Part shown: positions 58,027 through 64,000 of the stretch, piece after piece | How positions within the stretch are numbered: position 1 is the first letter of the stretch | Layout of the letters: every line of letters starts with the position of its first letter | Assembly (NCBI GenBank): GCA_963693365.1 | Contig: CAVNZM010000001.1 | Location: 1,210,562 to 1,274,561 of the forward strand | DNA length: 64,000 nt | Direction: 5' to 3' | Source: Amoebidium appalachense | Lineage: Eukaryota; Protista; Ichthyosporea | Notes under the pieces: generated by a model | What the model saw: only the letters and a program-made list of their open reading frames with translations | Told to the model about the DNA's origin: nothing | Database searches by the model: none | Made by a program: the position numbers and the translations under genes

Positions 58027-58586
58027 CTAGGCATTTTGCTTGCAGTCTTTGCGGGGGTGTGTGCCAGAGCAGAGCGGGCACACGTGGGAGAAGGGGCAGG
58101 GCTGCTTAGCGCAGGACCGACCGTTGTGGAAATTCCTGCAGTGTGTTGCGGGTAGATCCACGGGTCGGGCCGGTGGTGCCGGGCCGGGTTGCGGGCCGGG
58201 TCGGTTGGGGGTTTGTCCCCCGCCGGGCTTGTGGGGGGGCTCGAAACCATCAAGACCACAGCCGGGCTTGGGGTACATGGGGCAGGCCGCGCTGGGGTGG
58301 TCGGGGAAGCCGCAACGCTGACATGCGTCCGGGATGAGCAGAGTGGGTGGCAGGAGGAGATCCTGGTGGAGTTGGGCAAGCAGGTTGGGACACTCGATCG
58401 GAGCCCGACCCTGTTGGTGGGCAACGGTTCGGGCGTATACGTCATAGTTGTGGATCTGGGCCCACGGGTATCGGGTGCTGAGGCGAGTGATGCGTTGGTC
58501 AGCCTGTGGCGGAGGTCGCTGCGGGTCAGGCGTTTAGGTGCCGCGGTAGGGGCGGCGGCTGAGGCCTGGCGCTTTTTCGGCGGCAT
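58027..58586 (-). pseudogene. Ngaro/DIRS gag-like ORF, shortened and frameshifted
   Basis: MPPKKRQ start. The C-terminal zinc fingers CRNFHNGRSCAKQPCPFSHVCPLCSGTHPRKDC are in another frame. Confidence 0.7.
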
Positions 58587-60807
58587 GCTGACCGGCGTAG
58601 GGAAAGATAGGGAGAAGAAATGAAAAGGAAAATATAGCTGTAAAGCTGTAGGTGCTAAACACAGAGGATGTGTTGTTGCTTGCTGATCTGCTAAAAACTG
58701 TCGTGCTTATATACCTAAGGCTGCCGAACTGAGCCAATCAAAACCGATCTAGTGTTATGTGAAATCTTATCCTGAGCCAATCAAACTCGGTCTAGTGATC
58801 TGTGGAATCTGATGTTTTGATCGGCTAATAGGTGCCCGTATGCGGGCAGCCGAACGCGAACTGCTAAAACATGAAACGAAGCCTGTTGATATCGGACACC
58901 CATCCTACGTGTTTACCCAGAAAAATATTTATGTCAATAATTTCCACAAATAAAACCTAGTTTTCATGTGTTGCCGGGCTTTAACCAATCATCAAGGTTA
59001 AGTGTGATATGTCTGAGTCTTTGCCGTATGTCATAGGTTAGAATTTCCTTGATGATGACACGAGTTGACCTTAACTAGTGTCTGTGTCCTATCGTGTGCG
59101 TCTCCGCGTACCGGATCTCTCTGAATGCAATTGGTTCTTAGTGATTGGTTTCTATTAGAGATAGATCTGATTTCCGACTGGTCGGAAATCATGTATGGAT
59201 TGGACTTAGAGGAATTTCAGGTATTTATTCGAAGATCAGAATAAATTCAGTTCAGTTGTGTCTAAACATTGATGTCTGTTGTGTACACTGCTCCGATCGT
59301 TCCGTGTTTTGTTGTTGTGTGTGTCTGTGGTGTTTTTACACTGCACCACTGTGTCTCTGCTTTCATCCCAAATACTTATAAAATTTAACAGGTTATGCAG
59401 CCCTTTTGCACGCTCCCTACACACATCTAGAACTAGCGCTCGTTTTTCAATCATGGATCCAAACAAAACTGGCGTAAAAAAAATCACCATGTGGAAAGGT
59501 GAAGGGAAGACTGGTCCCGATAGCAAAACCACCTATTTTCAATGGGAAATCATTTTTCTCGGCATGATGACCGGCACTAAAGGTGTCCGACTCGTGGATG
59601 TTGTACTTGCTGACAACTACGTCCCCCCTACCACCGTCGCGTTTGACGGTGAACCCCCCTTCTATGGCTACGGCACTACCGCGGAACTCAAGGAGGCCCG
59701 CAATTGCCTCCTGCTCCATATGATACAGAACATCGACCCTTCCGTCCTCACCACCGTTGCCCAGTACCGTATTGGCATGGACCCTGAACGGGCCATGTGG
59801 AAATTCCGTCAACACTACCTCCAAGGCAAACCCGATCAGATCCGCATCCTTCACCGTCAGTGGGATGCCTGTGCCCTTCAGCCCGGTGAATCATTCACCA
59901 CCTACCTGAGTCGTCTGCAGACCATCGTGAACCAGCTCCAGTCCCTCCAAGATGAGTCCATTCACTTCACTCGTCTAGCTGAGAAGTTCTTCAATGAACT
60001 CACCACCAGAGACGACCTCACCCCTGAGTTCAACCGTCTTATCGAAGACTATCACTTCGGTGATAAGCTATTCCTCGACTTCGAGTCCCTCCACAACCAC
60101 GTCAAGGGCATCGAGTTACGTCAAGACCTCAAGATGCAACTCCGGAGCAACCGTGCCCACCGTGCCTCCAAGTCCAGCATGGCATTAAATGCCAGTGCTC
60201 CCCCCCGTGATCTTCCTCGCCGTGACTTACGCAACCGCCTTGACCGTACCCCTGGCACGGACCTCCGAACTCGTCTCTCCCGTCAGCACACCCGATCCCG
60301 TTCCCCCCACCGGCCTGCCTTCCGGTCCACGTCTCGTTCCCCCAGTCGTTCCCGTTTCTCGGGTTCCCGTCGTTCTGATTCCCCGGCTCGTTCTAACACC
60401 CCGTCCGTGAAAGAATGCTCCTACTGCCACGAGCCTGATCACACGATCATCGATGGCCCTGAGCCGAAATGCCGTATGTCCAGACACAACCGTTCCCGTC
60501 AAGGCAGTGAGAAATCTGTCTCCTTTGCTTTCTCGGCATACAATGCTAGCTCCGTCCCCGTGTCCTCCGACCCTGCCTGGGATTCCGGGTGCAACATGAC
60601 TGTCTGCCCCACCTGTGAGTTCTTCCATGACCTCACTCCCCTTCCGACACCGACTCCCGTTGCTGCCTTCAATGGCACCCCCGTCTTGGCCACTCACACC
60701 GGCCATATCGTCATCAACACCACCACCGACCATGGCACTGCCACCCTTACCATTGAAGCCTACTACACCCCGTCTGGCCAAGCCTTCCTCATTTCAACAT
60801 CCCAAGC

Positions 60808-63010
60808 TGTTAAATTAAATAAGTATTTGGGATGTAAGCAGAGACACAGTGGTGCAGTGTGAAAACACCACAGACACACACAACAACAAAACACGGAACG
60901 ATCGGAGCAGTGTACACAACAGACATCAATGTTTAGACACGACTGAACTCAATTTATTTTGATCGCTAATAAATACCTGAAATTCCCTTAAGTTAAATCC
61001 ATACATGATTTCCGACCAGTCGGAAATCAGATCTATGTCTAAAATAACCAATCACAATTAACTGATTATTTCCCGGATAGATCCGGAGGCACAGGAACGC
61101 ACACCATAGGTCACAGCTATAAGAAAGAAAAGAGGTGAAGAGTAACGAGGAAAGAGGTGATGTTTCTAACCTATCATCGGCTACAAAGACTCAGACATTT
61201 TCTGACTAAGTCCACTGATTGGATATAGTACGGCAACACACAAAACAAAAGTGTTTGACTAAGCTATGAATCATACCTGACAAGCTAAAGTGTAGCCTAA
61301 GTGTTTTTCTACCAATCAAAACATAACGAGTAATATAAATCTACTCAACGTATATTAGTGAGAGAGAAATATAATTATGTGAAAGGAAACAAGAGAAGAA
61401 AGAAAGAGAAAAGAAAGAAGAAGAAAGAGGAAAAAGAAAAGAAAGCAGGACAGAAAACACGAACAGCAAAACACAGTTATAACCGAAGATATTCATGTAC
61501 ACATAACATGTACACGTTTCTCCCTTACTGGGTAGACTCGTGTACCTATAATCAGTTGCTGTAATCGATATCTAAACACACGAATATAGCCGACACAACA
61601 CGATTACAAGTACTCAAATACACTGGAGATCGATCTCATAATTTACGTACAAGGAGCACATCTCTTTCACTAAGTGAATGAATGAAAACATAACACGAAC
61701 TGAGAAGATCTTACAATATGTAAATACCACGTATTATAACATCCCCACTTAAGACTTTGAAGTTTGTGTTATCATATCCCCACTGAACTAGTGAAATCTC
61801 CCCACTCGAGAACAGAAACGGAAAAAAAAAAATTAAAGTTTGGACTTTTCCGGGGGGGGGGGGGGGGGGGGGGGGAAGGGGGGGGGGGAAGGGGGGGGGG
61901 GGGGGGGGGGGGGGGGGAAGGGGGGGGGGAAGGGGGGGGGGGGGGGGGGAGGAACCGGGGCAAAAACAACAAATATATATAACGTGTATAGTCGGGGTTT
62001 GTTTAACTGGGTTTTAAACCAGTGAAAGATAGAGGAGAGTGATGGTACAGGTCAAACCTTATATATAAACCCTAAGTGGGCATACCCACAAAGGCAATAC
62101 ATATGAAATAATGATGGTGGTAAAGTAAGTAGTAATCATTCCACTAACTGGTACTAACTGGGTCGGGGGCAGGGGATTCGGAAACGCGGGCAGGCAGCAC
62201 GGTAGGCTGGCTAGAAACGTGGATGGGAACGGCCGGACCTGGCAGCACATGTCTTGCTGGCCGGGGTCGGGTGGTAATGGGGGGGAAACAGCTGCAGGGG
62301 TAGCTGTTGCCCGTGCAGAGCTGGTGGGAGCTGGGATCTCGACGAGGTTGGCCACGTGATGGGGGGAAACTGCTGCCGGAATGCAGGGCAGAGCAATGGA
62401 ATGTGAGGGGGCCATTGACAGTGACGGCACGGTAAGGGGAGACATGGCCGAAAACAGGGTTGGAAATCCTGGAAGGAAGCAGGTTGGACACGGTAAACGG
62501 TTCTGGAGGGACTCAGGGTCGGGACTCCTAGGGAGGAGGGAAGCACAAAGGGCTTGGACGGGGTGGAACACGGTAGACTGGAAAGAAGTACCGAATTTGG
62601 ATACTTCAGATGGACTTGATGGATGAAGGTCAAGTCGGATCGAGACGGGGTGTCAAATTATCGTCGATTGGAACGCAGACGGGGTGTGAAATTATATTCG
62701 AATGCGGGTCGACGGGGTTCGAAATCGGATGGAATGGGATTTCGATGCAGGATCCTCAGGCCTGGGTAGACAGGGCGGCGCGGTTGAGACCACGTCGGTG
62801 AAGTGTCAAGGAACTTGGAGCGCGATTGCAGAACCAAGGGTGGAGGACGGTTTGGCGTGACGGAGAGAAACCAGGACGGAGCTGGAAGGAGTGCAAGCTG
62901 GAATTTGAACTTGCGAGGATGTCACGGGTGTCAAGGCGTGACAAAAGCTCTTGTCAAGATGAGTCAGATCTTGTCAAGAGGAGTCACGTGGGACCGGTTA
63001 CGGACGGACG
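60808..63010 (-). mobile_element. Copia-derived, probably non-autonomous element: 3' LTR variant A (60808-61741), PPT, 3' UTR, then non-pol interior
   Basis: 61742-62135 matches 15970-16385. 62136-63010 lacks the RNase H/RT found at this position in the other copies. Confidence 0.75.
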
Positions 63011-63020
63011 CCGGGGATGG

Positions 63021-63088
63021 ATACATCGATTCAGTCGCACACATCGATTCAGTCGCACACATCGATTCAGTCGCACACATCGATTCAA
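63021..63088. repeat. 18-bp tandem repeat (cacatcgattcagtcgca), about 3.7 copies
   Basis: Directly visible; lies just upstream of the LINE-like ORF. Confidence 0.9.
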
Positions 63089-63192
63089 ATGTCGCTCTTT
63101 ATTATCTGCTAATAAATAGTATCCTTCGCGCATCCACCCCTAAACCAGGCCATCCGTGGCCCTAAGGGCCGGGGAACACCCCCATCCATGTC

Positions 63193-64000
63193 ATGGCACA
63201 TGCCTATAATCGTTTCAGAACCTCTTTCAAAGTTCCATCTACACCCATCACACATGTGCGACCATTAAAACGTCCAGCAGATACACCTACCACAGATGCA
63301 CAACCAGAAAAACATCGCCTTAGACTAAGCGCAACACCTATTTACAATACACTACCCATTCAGAATAACACCACACCACTCCGTAGAAACACAATAACAA
63401 CCATGCCGAAACTTTCGGTTGATACAGTACTGGCAGAACTTGCCCTCGTTAAGAAACAGCTAAATGAGCTGTTACCACTCAAGAACATGATAGAAAAACT
63501 CCAAACAGAAAATACCCAACTCAAGCTCACCATTGATTCACTCACAGCCCAACTAAACATTAGTGGATCGCAAAACCCCAAAACTCATGAGCAAACATCT
63601 CGCGACGGAGACATTTCCACCCCAACACAAAACAACACAGGACCGGAAGCACAGCTCCCGGCAGAGTTCCTAGAATATGCAAACTCTCGTAAAACACCCG
63701 AGCTCCGCCAAATTGCCAAGGAAACATATGCCAGCATTCTTGCAGGCAACGAGTACCGCCGCAACTCCCCTCCCAAACCGCCGGCTAAGGGGAACACCCA
63801 AGCAAACGGTAACATCAACATCCCACCCAAATACGAGAGGGTGTATTTCAAAGTCAAGCACGGCAGACGCCCACACAGGGCCATGTGGTCCATCTTCAAG
63901 GCTCTCGGCTTCCGGTGCTCTCGCATCCTTTGTCTGTCCTTCATTGGATACGATGTGCTGGAAGTAGCAGTACGGGGCGACTATAACCGTGCGTTCATCC
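63193..64000 (+). CDS. Probable LINE ORF1 (coiled coil plus RRM-like region), runs off the window
   Basis: Hand translation is open for 269 codons: heptads LAELALVKKQLNELLPLKNMIEKLQTENTQLKLTIDSL, then YERVYF..RRP..MWSIFKALGF..SRILCLSFIG..VLEV...Y. A/C-rich sense strand. Absent from the ORF track because there is no stop. Confidence 0.65.
   Translation, partial: MAHAYNRFRTSFKVPSTPITHVRPLKRPADTPTTDAQPEKHRLRLSATPIYNTLPIQNNTTPLRRNTITTMPKLSVDTVLAELALVKKQLNELLPLKNMIEKLQTENTQLKLTIDSLTAQLNISGSQNPKTHEQTSRDGDISTPTQNNTGPEAQLPAEFLEYANSRKTPELRQIAKETYASILAGNEYRRNSPPKPPAKGNTQANGNINIPPKYERVYFKVKHGRRPHRAMWSIFKALGFRCSRILCLSFIGYDVLEVAVRGDYNRAFI

Larger units (their letters stand above)
55579..58958 (-). mobile_element. 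Ngaro/PAT-type DIRS-order element with split direct repeats, lacking RT/RNase H
   Basis: Repeat A (338 bp) at 58621-58958 and 55798-56135; repeat B (84 bp) at 56136-56219 and 55579-55662. Minus-strand order is A1-ORFs-B1-A2-spacer-B2. No TSD. Confidence 0.92.
55086..60807 (+). mobile_element. Copia 5' half (LTR variant B split into 55086-55578 and 58959-59390; gag-protease 59453-60807)
   Basis: The two LTR halves rejoin seamlessly (tttacttt|agttttc). PBS at 59391. Gag is near-identical to the full-length copy. Confidence 0.93.

Overview
Eukaryotic, almost entirely transposon-derived window. Several independent clues suggest an Amoebidium-like ichthyosporean, but this is inference only. (1) 1-6776 is AT-rich mitochondrial-type DNA bounded by inverted terminal repeats. 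It carries an intact rps4 that needs UGA=Trp plus decayed cox1, cox3 and intron scraps, so it looks like a whole linear mitochondrial mini-chromosome joined to nuclear DNA. (2) 7146-15034 is a five-exon KDZ/Zisupton-like transposase with spliced OTU protease, CXC and Myb-like modules, and a Copia-type TRIM in one intron. (3) About 30970-35442 is a hidden, intron-split beta-class (N4C/N6A-type) DNA amino-methyltransferase-like gene whose small exons lie among microsatellites. (4) The rest is a deep nest: one Copia family with three LTR variants, one full-length young copy and repeated self-insertions; two chromodomain Gypsy elements; an RT-less Ngaro-type tyrosine-recombinase element; a 183-bp satellite; and the start of a LINE. 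The Copia family is rich in CpG but almost lacks CGC/GCG. Most ORF-track entries are microsatellite or antisense artefacts. All calls are by eye, with no database searches.
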